64,000 nucleotides of DNA from a virus. A program made the translations under genes and the position numbers. Location: positions 39,012-103,011 of the IMG/VR virus record IMGVR_UViG_3300048837_000398; one strand, 5' to 3'. Within the stretch, counting starts at the first letter, position 1, and every line of letters begins with the position of its first letter. This document shows positions 28,696-40,515 of the stretch, piece by piece. The notes under the pieces are model-generated. The model ran no database searches and was not told the DNA's origin. It worked only from the letters and a program-made list of their open reading frames with translations.

Positions 28696-30051
28696 ATGAA
28701 AATGGCAACAGGTCGTCGTCGCACAGAATCGTTCATCGTGAACCTTGCAGGTGCGTCGACTATCCCCGTTACTGGTACGTTGAACGACTCTTCTACTGGT
28801 AATGTCAATCTGACCAACGGACAATTAGGCATCATCGCTGTGTCCCCTTATGGTTCAATCGCAATGAATGCCTTCACTGACGCTACTCCTACAGTAGCTG
28901 AGGCCCCGATCATCCAGATTGTACAAGGCACTCCTTATTCACAATCAGTAGCAACTTCTAACGTAGCTTACCCACTGTGGGTTCGTCCGTTCGAAGCAAC
29001 TGCCCCTATCGATGGTCGTAACCAAAACCTGCTCGTAACTAAGCAAGCTTACCGCGACGGTAAAAACAATGTTTGGGTACTTGGCGAACCTTCCGCTACC
29101 ACCACTGGCCAAATCAATGTGCTCGACGAAACTTCATATGCTCTGCATATCGCTTTCCAAGGTCGCCGCATCGAAGGCCAGTATTCACTCGAGCAAGCTG
29201 CTTCCCTTACCGTAGAAATTGAAACTCCAAACTTCACGGCACTTTCAGCTACGTACACCGAGCCTATCGACTGGATCACTCAGAAGATTGGTTACGAAAT
29301 CAACCGCTCTTCACAGCACTTCCAATTGGGAGCTCGCTTCCAAGGCAACGACCCAGTTATCGCTCTCGCAGTTTCTGACGACGATACAGCTGGTCAAGAA
29401 ATCGCAGCACTTACTGTAGGCGCTTCCGTATCAGTGTTCAAGTACCAGTCGGTTACTCGTTCACTCATCCTGACTAAAGAACTGCTCGATTCCATTCAGG
29501 CAGCTGCCACAGCTTCTGGCTTTACGCACATCTACGAAATTGACCTTTCGACCGCAGGTACTGCTTCAGCTCCCCTCGTGACCGGCCTTTTCGTAATTGG
29601 TTTGGATGCTCGCACAGCTTACTCAGACGCTATTCCCGAAATCAAGACTTCACTTCGTCTGGGTCTTCGTCGTGGCTTCAACCCTTCGACAGTAACACTT
29701 ACTAACACTGTTTCTGCAGATGAGGGCCAAGGTTATGCGCGTCAACTCGAACTGCTCTACGCAGCTACTGCTGGCCAGCGTAAGTACGCTCAAAAGCACA
29801 CTGAAGATCCCGTCGTTAAGTTCGATTCTCCGATCGTAACTGGCCAAACATACCACATCTACAACGTGCTCCACGGAGTAACTTCGCAGATAGGCCACTC
29901 GAACACGGACCACGTTCCTTTCCGCGAGATCATCGCGATCCCACGCTACTCAACTGGCACAACCACTAACCCTGTCATTGCAACCTTTGAAACTGCAATC
30001 AACGCTTACCTCGCTTCGTCCGGCTCGAACGCCGCTATCGTAACGCTGTAA
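28696..30051 (+). CDS. virion structural protein (auxiliary capsid protein-like)
   Basis: 451 aa, Thr/Ala-rich, no TGA, followed by a terminator. Confidence 0.6.
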   Translation: MKMATGRRRTESFIVNLAGASTIPVTGTLNDSSTGNVNLTNGQLGIIAVSPYGSIAMNAFTDATPTVAEAPIIQIVQGTPYSQSVATSNVAYPLWVRPFEATAPIDGRNQNLLVTKQAYRDGKNNVWVLGEPSATTTGQINVLDETSYALHIAFQGRRIEGQYSLEQAASLTVEIETPNFTALSATYTEPIDWITQKIGYEINRSSQHFQLGARFQGNDPVIALAVSDDDTAGQEIAALTVGASVSVFKYQSVTRSLILTKELLDSIQAAATASGFTHIYEIDLSTAGTASAPLVTGLFVIGLDARTAYSDAIPEIKTSLRLGLRRGFNPSTVTLTNTVSADEGQGYARQLELLYAATAGQRKYAQKHTEDPVVKFDSPIVTGQTYHIYNVLHGVTSQIGHSNTDHVPFREIIAIPRYSTGTTTNPVIATFETAINAYLASSGSNAAIVTL

Positions 30052-30069
30052 GTCTACCGAACTTTCTTA

Positions 30070-30118
30070 GAGGGCTCTGGTCAGGAATGTACTTTCCCGA
30101 TCCGGGCCTTTCTTTTTT
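30070..30118 (+). terminator. intrinsic terminator
   Basis: AGGGCTC...GGGCCTT stem followed by TCTTTTTT. Confidence 0.6.
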
Positions 30119-30134
30119 AACTCTCTAACTCTAA

Positions 30135-30596
30135 ATGTTAACCACACAACAACTTTCCCGCATTTTCCTGCCTCTCTCTTTTTCGAAGCGGTCTAATTCT
30201 TCAGCGTCTCTCTACGAAATCATCAACTCGTATCTCAAGCTTTTCCCAACCAATAAGATAGTTGTCAATACGTCAGCTCCTGCCGCAACAGTCACTGCTG
30301 GTGCCGCTGCTGGAACAACTCCAACGCTTTCTATTTCAGGCAACAAGTATGCAGGCACGATCACTGTTACGACAGGGACTTCCGCAGCTACAGGCGTTCT
30401 CGCTACTATCGACCTCAAAGTCATGGGTGCTAACGCTAATCGCGTAGTTTTGTTCCCAGCTGACGCAGACGCTGCTGCTGCTAGCGCTAAGATTTTTGTC
30501 GATTCTACGACATCAGGATTTACGATCAATGTAACAGGATCTGCGCTCGCAAACTCGACAGCACACATTTGGAACTACGTAGCATTTAACGCTTAA
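30135..30596 (+). CDS. fibre/decoration protein
   Basis: 153 aa, Ala/Thr-rich beta domain; N-terminus resembles that of the next gene. Confidence 0.6.
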   Translation: MLTTQQLSRIFLPLSFSKRSNSSASLYEIINSYLKLFPTNKIVVNTSAPAATVTAGAAAGTTPTLSISGNKYAGTITVTTGTSAATGVLATIDLKVMGANANRVVLFPADADAAAASAKIFVDSTTSGFTINVTGSALANSTAHIWNYVAFNA

Positions 30597-30598
30597 TA

Positions 30599-31660
30599 AT
30601 GGCTAAATATTCTCTAGATACGCTTGTGTCGATCTTCATTCCGAAGAACACGCGCAAACCTCGCGACAACTTTGCAGAGTCGCAACGTACTCTAGTGCCA
30701 CACGCTGATGCTATTAGTTTGTACCACGCAATCAAAGACATCCTAGAGTATCTAAACATTACTACTGGTGGTACTACAGATTTAACTTCAATCCACTCTA
30801 CAACAAACGTTGTGATCGAGTCTTCGTCAGGCACAGATGCAACGATCAACGCTTCGACAACATCTTTAGCAGGCGTAATGACGGCTGAGGACAAACGTAA
30901 ACTCGAAGCGTTAATTACTCTTACTGGAGTTGCTGCAGAAGCAACAGATCTTGGCACGTTTACAGGCACCATTATTTCTGACTCAGCAACAATAAAGCAA
31001 GCTCTACAAGAACTAGAAGACGCTATGCCTAATGCTGGTGGTAACGGTATTTATGGTGGATCAGGAACAATAGCTCCGAACACTATTGCTCTACTATCAC
31101 TCGACTCAGTGTTCAGTATCGAATACACTGGTGGTGGAGTACCTCTCTTCATTTCAGACCTCAACGAAATAGTGACGGTCTCTTCGCCTAATGGGCTACA
31201 CACACTTTCTACGTCGCCCACCAACGCTGCGATAGAAGGTCCAGCAGGAGAACTTTCGTTCAACGCTCTGACCACAATTTACGACGACAATCTATCAGGA
31301 CATGGTATCCAGTATGCCGCAGACTACTCAGCGACTTTCACAAACCGTTCTCTAGTAGACAAACAATATGTAGACAACGCAGCTTCTGCAGGAATTCCAC
31401 CAGGCACCACGAATGGTCAGATCCTCTATTGGGACGGCACTTCCTGGGAGAATGCCAAGCTCATCACGAATACGCAAACTAACTTATCGACTTCTGTTGT
31501 TACGCTACCGCATATTCCGATAGCGTCCTTACCTATCGATGTCTATCTAAACGGTGTTCTGAAAGAACTAACTGAAGACTACACACAAGCAACCAACCAA
31601 GTTGTCTTCTCGATACCAATTGTCACCTCTGATAAAATAACAACTAAATACTACTACTAA
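30599..31660 (+). CDS. fibre protein
   Basis: AGVMTAEDKRKL, KQYVD and VYLNGV...DY fibre motifs. Confidence 0.7.
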   Translation: MAKYSLDTLVSIFIPKNTRKPRDNFAESQRTLVPHADAISLYHAIKDILEYLNITTGGTTDLTSIHSTTNVVIESSSGTDATINASTTSLAGVMTAEDKRKLEALITLTGVAAEATDLGTFTGTIISDSATIKQALQELEDAMPNAGGNGIYGGSGTIAPNTIALLSLDSVFSIEYTGGGVPLFISDLNEIVTVSSPNGLHTLSTSPTNAAIEGPAGELSFNALTTIYDDNLSGHGIQYAADYSATFTNRSLVDKQYVDNAASAGIPPGTTNGQILYWDGTSWENAKLITNTQTNLSTSVVTLPHIPIASLPIDVYLNGVLKELTEDYTQATNQVVFSIPIVTSDKITTKYYY

Positions 31661-33867
31661 TGGCTTTAACAAAAATACGGATTGGTAAACAGCTTGCTGC
31701 TTCATCTAATCCACGATCAATTTTAATTACGGACTCTTCTTCAGAGCCCACCTATCACGCACCAACTACAGGATCAGACTCTCTCCTTATGTGGGATGAC
31801 TCTGCTTCTAACTGGGCACCTGCGGTTTTGGGTACAAATCTGTCGTTCTCCGGTACAACTCTTAATGCGTCTGCTGGAGCGGGTGGTTATGCAACTATCC
31901 AAGAAGAAGGTTCTACAGTAGGCTCAGGTAATACTACGATCAACTTTATTGGTGCTGGTATTACTGCTGCCAATGCTGGTGGTGGAGTAACTTCTGTCAC
32001 CATTGATCCCACTCTTAACGCTCTTGCTGGTTTAGATGCTGCTGCTGGCTATCTAGTGATGACTGGTGCAGATACGTTTGCTAAGAGAACAATCACAGGA
32101 ACTTCTAACAGGGTTACCGTTTCTAATGGTGATGGCACTACTGGAAATCCAGTAATCGACATTTCTGCTAGCTATGTTGGCCAAACTTCTATCACCACGT
32201 TAGGTACGATCGGAACAGGTACTTGGAACGCTACTGCGATTTCTGCTGTTAAAGGCGGTACAGGACAAACATCCTATGCTGTAGGAGACACTCTCTACGC
32301 AGACACTACTACATCTCTTGCTAAGAGAACGATAGGCTCCGCTGGCAACTTTATGCGTGTTTCTGGTGGTTTACCTGTTTGGGCTACGGCTGCCTCGACT
32401 GATCTTTCAGACACAGCTAACATCGCCTTACTTAACGCTACTCAAACCTTTACAGGCACAAACACATTCTCGAATAATATTACTGTGCCTGTTACTCCGA
32501 CAGCTGCTGGCCACGCTACTTCTAAGCAGTACGTAGATGGTTTAGTACAAGGCATTTCTGCTAAAGAATCAGTTCGTGTTCTTTTAGACGTCGACTCTTT
32601 AGATGTTGCGAGCAGAACCGCTCAAACAATTGTGTGGGCTTCAGCTCCTTCAACAATTGATGGCGTAACAATGACTGTGAACGACAGAATGTTAATTATA
32701 AGTTCTAACCCTGAATACCATCCTGGTATCTATATTTATAGTGGAACTAATACTTGGACACGTTCTACAGATGCAAATATATGGGATGAATTAATTTCTG
32801 CTTTCGTATTTGTAGAAGAAGGTACTACTTACAAAGACACTGGTTGGTTATGTACAGTAGACGCTGGTGGTACGATAGGTACTACAAACGTTACTTGGGT
32901 ACAATTCTCGGCTGCAGGTCAAGTAGAAGCTGGTACTGGTTTAACAAAGTCTGGCAATACTATTAACGCTATTGGCACTGCTGGACGTATTGTAGCTAAT
33001 GCAGATTCTTTAGATCTTGCTACAACTGCTGTTACTCCTGCATCTTATGGCTCAGCCACTCAAGTAGCTACATTCACTGTAGATGCTTATGGACGTTTGA
33101 CTACTGCTGGCAACACTACTATCGCTCTTACAGATACTAATATATCTAACTTCAACGAAGCTGCTCAAGATGCGGTTGGTAGCATTCTTACGGATACGGC
33201 TACTATTGACTTTACGTATAGTGATGCTGGTAATACAATTACTGCTGACGTTATTAATGCTTCTATCACCTTTGCTAAGATTCAAAATATTAGCACGGAT
33301 CGTCTTATTGGGCGCGATGCTGCTGGTTCTGGCGTAACTACTGAGATCGCCGTTACTAATGGTTTACAATTTACAGGCTCTAATTCTATAGGGCACTCTA
33401 CTACGGGAGCTGGAACACCCACCTTAAGCGGGTCGAACGTTCTTGCTACACTAGTTATCGACTCATGGGGTCACGTAACTGGCGCAACAACACGAGCGTT
33501 CAGCATAGATGATCTCTCTGAAGTAGTTATAACAGGAGTAACTTCTGGTCAAGTACTGACGTATAACGGCACTAACTGGGTAAATGGAGCTGCTTCAGGT
33601 TCTATCACAGAGGCTTACGTAGATTCATTTACTGGTAACAATCTTGACTTAGATAGCAACTCTGCTGTCGTAAATGTTGATGGTACGCCAACTGCCTTTA
33701 CGGCTCCTTCTGATCTCACTAAGTTATTTGTGTACCGTAACGGTATCATGCTGTCACGTACAGGTACTGTTTCACGCGATTACTCTGTGAATACTGGAAC
33801 ACACGTTATCACTTTCTCTGTAGACATCGCCGCTGGAGAGACTCTTAAATTTGTAAAAATCTCTTAA
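31660..33867 (+). CDS. tail fibre protein
   Basis: 735 aa, Gly/Thr-rich; HATSKQYVD, IDGVT...DR, GIY....WTRSTDA and VDAYGR motifs. Confidence 0.8.
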   Translation: MALTKIRIGKQLAASSNPRSILITDSSSEPTYHAPTTGSDSLLMWDDSASNWAPAVLGTNLSFSGTTLNASAGAGGYATIQEEGSTVGSGNTTINFIGAGITAANAGGGVTSVTIDPTLNALAGLDAAAGYLVMTGADTFAKRTITGTSNRVTVSNGDGTTGNPVIDISASYVGQTSITTLGTIGTGTWNATAISAVKGGTGQTSYAVGDTLYADTTTSLAKRTIGSAGNFMRVSGGLPVWATAASTDLSDTANIALLNATQTFTGTNTFSNNITVPVTPTAAGHATSKQYVDGLVQGISAKESVRVLLDVDSLDVASRTAQTIVWASAPSTIDGVTMTVNDRMLIISSNPEYHPGIYIYSGTNTWTRSTDANIWDELISAFVFVEEGTTYKDTGWLCTVDAGGTIGTTNVTWVQFSAAGQVEAGTGLTKSGNTINAIGTAGRIVANADSLDLATTAVTPASYGSATQVATFTVDAYGRLTTAGNTTIALTDTNISNFNEAAQDAVGSILTDTATIDFTYSDAGNTITADVINASITFAKIQNISTDRLIGRDAAGSGVTTEIAVTNGLQFTGSNSIGHSTTGAGTPTLSGSNVLATLVIDSWGHVTGATTRAFSIDDLSEVVITGVTSGQVLTYNGTNWVNGAASGSITEAYVDSFTGNNLDLDSNSAVVNVDGTPTAFTAPSDLTKLFVYRNGIMLSRTGTVSRDYSVNTGTHVITFSVDIAAGETLKFVKIS

Positions 33868-33870
33868 TAC

Positions 33871-36800
33871 ATGGCTACTCAACTCAAGTTAAACCAGCTA
33901 CAGCAAGAAGGAGCTACTTCCAATCAAGTAATTGCCTGGAACGGTTCTGCTTGGGCCCCAACTACTAACGGTTCTGGAACCGTTACGGAAGTAGCTGCAA
34001 CACAACCTGCCGCAGGTCTTACGATTACTGGCGGTCCTATTACTTCTACAGGAACATTTACTTTTGCCCTCGCTAACGATCTTGCTGGGCTCGAAGGTCT
34101 TTCGACCACGGGCCTTGCAGTTCGTACTGGCGACGGAGTTTGAGCGACAAGAAGTATCGTAAGTTCTTCTGTTGCAGACTCTTTTGCAGGAATAGGTATA
34201 GGTAATGGTGATGGTTCAGGTAATCCAACTATAAATGTTAACACTGACAACTCGACAATTAAATTATCTGTAGAAGCTGCTACAACAGCTGACATAACAC
34301 TTTCAGGTACGCAGACGATTGATGGAATAGCTCTATCTGCTGGTCAACGTTGTTTAGTTCAAAACCAAAGTTCAGGTCAAGATAACGGTATCTGGACAGT
34401 GGCTTCAGGCTCTTGGACTCGCTCAACTGATTACAACACAACAGCAAAAGCAGAGCATGGACTTATCGTATTCGTACAAGGTGGGACAGTCAACGGAAAC
34501 AAATTCTTCAAAGTTGACCAATCTAAACCGACTATTGGAACTACTCCTCTAACATTTACAGAAGTATTTGGAGCTACGGGAGATGGTAACGGAATATACT
34601 CGGGTTCAGGTAATATAGCAACCGCTGCTGTAGCTACTGTAGCATCTGGCTCTACATTTACGATTGATTATAATGGAGGAGCTGATGCCATCTTAGTTTC
34701 TGATAGTGGAAGTTCTACTACGATTAAATCTAAGAATGGATCTAATGCCGCTCTTGTTGATAATGCGTCAGTGACCCTTAGCGCAGGAAGTAATAGTGCA
34801 ACCCTCACATCTACAGGCTACGATGTTGTTACTAATGTTGGTGGCCCGCAATTATCTCTTAATGCTACTGAAGCGTTAATTTTTAAAGGTTCTCAACAGC
34901 TTCTTGTTAGGGCAGGAGATTCATCGCTTGGAACAGGAACGTATTATTACCAAGCGGACAGCACAAACTCGAAACTGTACTTAAAAGCATCTACGTCTGA
35001 GCTAGATATAAATGCTACGCGCTCTCTCGCTAAGGCACCTTATCACGCTCTGCAAGGGCATAACTCTACAACTCAAGCTGAGTTACGTCTGTACGAGCAA
35101 TCTTCTGCAGGTAATAACTACACAGCAATCAAAGCTCAAAACCAATCTGCAGATATTACGTACACATTACCAGCTGTTGCACCAGCTTCCGATGGGCACG
35201 TACTTTCCGCTACTACAGCAGGAGTTATGTCTTGGATTGCTAATGGTAGTGGAGGTGATGGTAATGGTATCTACTCAGGTTCTGGAACGATTGCTTCTGC
35301 GGCTGTCGCGAAGTTAACTGCTTCATCTACGTTTACAATTGACTGGTCAGATAATACGAATGCCTTACACTTTATCGACACTACAGGAACATTCTTGTTA
35401 AACGATAAAACTGCAAATAATGGTGTATATGGAACTGCTACTACGTCAGAACTGTATTCAGTAGAAGCGTATATGCGTCTTAGCTCTTCGGGTGGTGGGA
35501 CTGATACTAACGTACCTCTCAACATCTTATTGGGTCACCTTAGCATGAACTCCGTTATTTCTCCCAGTCAGATAACGGCTAACCAAAATAACTATGCACC
35601 AGCAGACTTACAGACTGCGAATGTTGTACGATTGAATTCTGACGCTTCAAGAAATATAACTGGTCTTTCAACAGCATCTGCTACTAAGGTTGCTGGTTGG
35701 GTATTAACTCTTCATAATGTAGGCTCGTTTGATATTGTACTAAAGAATGAAGATGCGGCTTCAACTGCGGCATACAGATTTGCTTTAGGTGCTGATGTAA
35801 CGATTGGAGCAGGACGTTCTCATACACTCATTTACGACAGTACTTCTTCTCGTTGGAGATCTTTTGCTAGTGACACAACTGGAGCTGGAGGCGGGATAAC
35901 ATCTCTTAATGGGCTTACAGCTGCAACTCAAACATTTGCTACAGGAACTTCAGGTACAGATTTTAATATCGATTCTACAACCTCTACGCATACGTTTCAT
36001 ATACCAGATGCTTCTGCATCAAATAGGGGATTAGTTACTACTGGAACTCAGACATTTGCTGGCAATAAGACTTTTAATGGAACTGTTTCTATAGGATCAA
36101 CTACTCCAACTGTACAATCTAATAGTGCGTTAACTACGGCAACTACATATACAATTGGTAATTCGTCAAGCACTCTTAATGTTGGAGGTAGTTCTGGCAT
36201 CGTAAACATTACATCTTCGGCTGCTTCAGGTGTTGCCATCACGGTGGATACTTCTACAGCTGTAGGAGCTTCTACCCGGTTTGGTACAGGAACATATTCG
36301 GCGACTTCAGGAACAATATCTTCGTTCTTAGTAGGCAACGGATTTGCACCGACTTCAGGTACAGGTGTGTATAACGCACTATCCTTTGTAAATTCACTTA
36401 ACCAAAGTGGAGGTGCTAGCGGCATCACACGATTACTTTATCTCAATCCGACGTTAACTGCTATTGCAGATCTTAGAGCTTTAGAATTTACAGCTTCTTA
36501 TACAGCTAGCTCAGGAACTGGTGCGACAACAGGTTTACGAATATCCCCAACGTATAACTTAACGTCAACTCAATCTGGTACCCAACGTGGGGTACATATT
36601 GTGCCCACACTAACAGCCTTAGTTTCTGCAGGACAGTTTAGAGGTATAGATGTTGAAACAAGTAATGCCAACATGATTGGTGTTTACCAGTCTGGTGCTC
36701 TTACTACAAATAACTTTGTAGGACGCACTTCATTTGGTACAACATCTGCACCACACGCTTCTGCCGCAATAGATGTAGTAACTACGTCGACAGGTGTTGG

Positions 36801-37239
36801 ACTACCAGTAATGACTTCTACGCAACGTGATGCTATCAGCTCACCTCGTCAAGGATTGATGATCTACAATACAACTGACGATAAAGTATCAGTTCGTAGA
36901 GCATCTGATTGGGTTGATGTTGCTCCTGACAGGGCTACAATTAATGCGCAAACAGGAACAACTTATACTCTTGTGCTTGGAGATGCTGGTAAAACAGTAA
37001 CTATGGACAACGCTTCACCAATGACATTAACAATTCCTGCTAATGGAACTGTTGCATTCCCAGTTGGAACAACCATTGACGTTGTCCGTAAAGGTGCGGG
37101 AACCCTCACAATAGCAATCACAACAGATACACTCCGTTCAGCAAGTTCATATGTTAAGCTTGCTTCTCAATATTCTGGCGCAACTTTATTGAAAATCGCA
37201 ACTACTGAGTGGATTTTATTTGGTAACTTATCTGCATAA
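33871..37239 (+). CDS. long tail fibre protein (1122 aa; TGA 34141 = Trp)
   Basis: Track ORFs 33871-34143 and 34399-37239 are in frame with no other stop (GDGV-W-ATRSI). Confidence 0.82.
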
Positions 37240-37241
37240 TT

Positions 37242-38165
37242 ATGACACAAAAACACGTAGGAATAAAAGCATCTGCAATGGCTCCTAGTGGACCATCTTA
37301 TGCTCTAGATTCATATGAAACAAATTTAGGATGAGCTTTTAGCTTACGCAGATTGCGTACCGGCTATACCGGAAACGCAATTAGAGTAAAAAGAAGTTCA
37401 GACAATACCCAGCAAGATATAGGGTTTGATGGTGAAGATCTCGATGTAGCTGCTCTGGAATCTTTCGTAGGAGCTAATACGGGTTACGTCGTTACGTTCT
37501 ACGATCAGTCAGGCAATAGTAGGAATCTAGAAACCGTAAGTTCGGATGGAACTTCTCCACGAATAATTATAAGTGGTACTACTCAAACTGGTACAAATGG
37601 ACGAGTTGGAATATACTTCGATAGCTCACGTGTAGATCGAATTTATAAAGCGGACACTGTAGCTTTGTCGGCTACCGTATCTACATTTGGAGATAACACG
37701 ATGATTTGCACATACAAAGTTGATACTAGTGCTTCTAATTATGTCATATTAAAGCATGGCGACGGTTCAGCAACACCCTCATATACTTTACAAGTACCCT
37801 ACGCCACAGATATTTATTACGATCACGGGAATAACTCAAGTTTACGCTTAAATACTGCGTATCCAGCTGGATACTTTTCCGAAGATTATCACGTCTTAAG
37901 TGGTAGAGCAGGATCTACTACTTTAGGCGAAGATGGTTACGAGAAGCTACGTTTTAATGGTAGTGAAATAGCTTCCACTACGTTTACAGGAAACCAAAGT
38001 AATAGTGCTAAACGTTTTTCAATTGGCGCTAACTATGCCGGGGGCTCAACATATAATACACCTTTTAAAGGACTTTTTCAAGAGGTTATTATCTATAACA
38101 CATTTATTGGTGACAGCGCATTAGCTGCAATCGAATCAAACGCAATAACATACTACGGAACATAA
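37242..38165 (+). CDS. lectin/ConA-like receptor-binding candidate (307 aa; TGA 37332 = Trp)
   Basis: G-W-AFSLRRLRTGYTG.AIRVKRSSDN...YDQSGN...FKG..QEVIIYN pattern. Confidence 0.7.
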
Positions 38166-38167
38166 CT

Positions 38168-38734
38168 ATGAATAATACATCATTTCCATTAAAAAAGAAC
38201 TTAGTTCTTCCGGCAACAGGTAATCCTAATAAAGGATACTTGCTATTTCCGGCTCAAATGTTTAGTCTATCTTACGACGTAACACCAAGACCTAAACAAC
38301 AACAGATTGATATTGCGCTTACTGTGTCAGAAACCTCTACAGAAGATACAGTATGGATACTCGGTATTTATAAAATAACTGAAGATGGCTTTAGAAATCA
38401 AACTAATTCAACAGAATATTCACAGTACTTAGCTGATAAAACTGCACTTGAAGTAATTCTTTCTTCTAAAGAAGCTGAGCTTGAAATCGCTAATTCAAAT
38501 TTACAAATCGATGAAACTACTCTTCCCCAATATGAGATAGCTGAAGCAGCTTGGCAAGAAGCCTTTACAAATCTTCAAGCTCTACCTATTGTCGAACCAG
38601 TTTACAATACGATCAACCGTTATTCAGAAGTTATAGGTTACTTTAAAGGCGACGGAACTCTGACAAATGAAGGTGTTGAGTGGGCTAAAACAGTATCTTT
38701 CTTAGGAGAACCTTTAGGTAACTACATCGACTAA
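38168..38734 (+). CDS. hypothetical protein (possible fibre chaperone)
   Basis: 188-aa ORF with a coiled-coil segment. Confidence 0.6.
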   Translation: MNNTSFPLKKNLVLPATGNPNKGYLLFPAQMFSLSYDVTPRPKQQQIDIALTVSETSTEDTVWILGIYKITEDGFRNQTNSTEYSQYLADKTALEVILSSKEAELEIANSNLQIDETTLPQYEIAEAAWQEAFTNLQALPIVEPVYNTINRYSEVIGYFKGDGTLTNEGVEWAKTVSFLGEPLGNYID

Positions 38735-39165
38735 TGACACTAACACCAGATATATTACGAGGAATTTACTTACCTGTAGGGCTACCACCTTCTTACTGAA
38801 ATAGTAAGTTGGCTAAAGCTTCTCTCTTTGATCTAGTTACGCTAGTGTCAGGGGGGGATGCTTCGTCCGTAGTGGTTACTCCTACAGGTAACCTTTCTTC
38901 TAACAACGTTCAAGACGCCTTAGAAGAACTTCAAGCGGATATAGATGGTTTATCTAGCGGCACTATCCCTGTCTACACCAAGACATTTACTGACGTCCTT
39001 ACAGATACTATCACTTTTGCTACGCATAGCCTGCCAACTATCCACGGAGTAATAGTGAAGACACCCACTGACGAGTTAGTTAGTACCGAAATCACTATAT
39101 CTGGAACAACAGTTACAATCGATTCAAACGTTTCCTTATTAAATCATAAACTACTTATTTACTAA
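38734..39165 (+). CDS. fibre-associated protein (TGA 38797 = Trp)
   Basis: ATG overlaps the upstream TAA (TAATG) and is in frame with track ORF 38809-39165; NVQDALEEL motif. Confidence 0.7.
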
Positions 39166-39911
39166 TGGCCTCAAAACTAATTTACCACGATCTAGACCTC
39201 GTAAAAGTCTCACAACTTAAACAGGCCAGGATTCAAAATATTACGACCTCAGACAGGACTACGTTAGGTGGAACGCTAAATTCTAATCATGTAGGCTTAC
39301 TTGTCTACGATACTGATTTAGAAACTCTCTATCTGTGGGATGGCACTGCTTGGTTAGCAATCAACACTACCATTACTGGAGCTATGACTCTTAAAGGAGT
39401 TGTAGCGCACAACGCTATAGAGCCGGGCTCACCTGCGGTAGGCGACTACTACATATTTTCTTCGGCAGGCTCCAATACTTGGGAAACTGACGAAGCTGTA
39501 GAAGCTGGAGATCAGGTTGTTTGGGACGGTACTAACTGGCGATACATCAACCGCAACGTTTACGATGCTACTGAAACCTTAGCCGGTAAGATCGAGATAG
39601 CTACTACATCAGAAACTAATACTGGAACTGATGACACACGAGCAGTTACTCCACTTAAGTTAGCTGGATTCATCTCTAACCGAGCTCTCGCCAAAGTCTA
39701 CTTTGCTTCGGGGCTTTCGCTTACAGCCGATACGCCACTTACAGTCACACATAACCTTGGACTCCAGAATCGCAACGCTTTTACTATTAATGTAGTAGAT
39801 TCTACGCACTCATCTATCTCTGTAGATGTAGACTCGACATCCGTTAATGCTCTAACACTTACTTCAGCAGTTGCACTTACTAGTGTGTCTGTCACAATAA
39901 TCGGATTCTAA
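39165..39911 (+). CDS. tail fibre protein
   Basis: ATETLAGKIEIAT..E...GTDDTRAVTPLKL and VTHNLG motifs. Confidence 0.75.
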   Translation: MASKLIYHDLDLVKVSQLKQARIQNITTSDRTTLGGTLNSNHVGLLVYDTDLETLYLWDGTAWLAINTTITGAMTLKGVVAHNAIEPGSPAVGDYYIFSSAGSNTWETDEAVEAGDQVVWDGTNWRYINRNVYDATETLAGKIEIATTSETNTGTDDTRAVTPLKLAGFISNRALAKVYFASGLSLTADTPLTVTHNLGLQNRNAFTINVVDSTHSSISVDVDSTSVNALTLTSAVALTSVSVTIIGF

Positions 39912-40513
39912 TGGCTGATACACTTAACAACGCCCTCAAACTTGCAGAGCTTTCTTCCGATCCTGCCAGTCCATCTTCAGGTTACCAAGCTATTTACGCA
40001 AAGACGGACGGTAAAGTGTATCGTAAAGACTCTTCAGGAGCTACTTCAGAATTAACTAATGTTGCTGGCTCTGGTATAGGCACTCTAAATACTCTTACGG
40101 GAGCTACTCAGACTTTTGCTGCAGGCACTTCAGGATCTGACTTCAATATTTCTTCAGTAGGAACAACTCACACATTCAATATTCCAGACGCAGCTACAAG
40201 TGCTCGTGGCTTAGTAACAACTGGAAGCCAAACGTTTGGAGGAGACAAAGGATTTTTTGGCGCACTTATCGCAGGCAATATTAGTGGGACTTCTGCTGGA
40301 ACACTCAAAATTTCAGGTGGAGATAGCAATTTTGTTACGATCACCGCAGACTATTATAGTGAGAATTGAACACTTAAATTACCGACAACAAATGGTGATC
40401 CGGGTCAAGTTCTTACTACTAATGGATCAGGCGTTACTTCTTGGACAACTGTTTCAGGTGGAGGCGGTCTAACTGAGGCAAAAGCACTAATGATCTCATC
40501 TTTAAGAATATAA
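39911..40513 (+). CDS. tail fibre protein (200 aa; TGA 40367 = Trp)
   Basis: Readthrough gives W-TLKLPTTNGDPGQVLTTNGSGVTSW, a typical fibre repeat, ending 2 nt before the next ATG. Confidence 0.78.
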
Positions 40514-40515
40514 TT

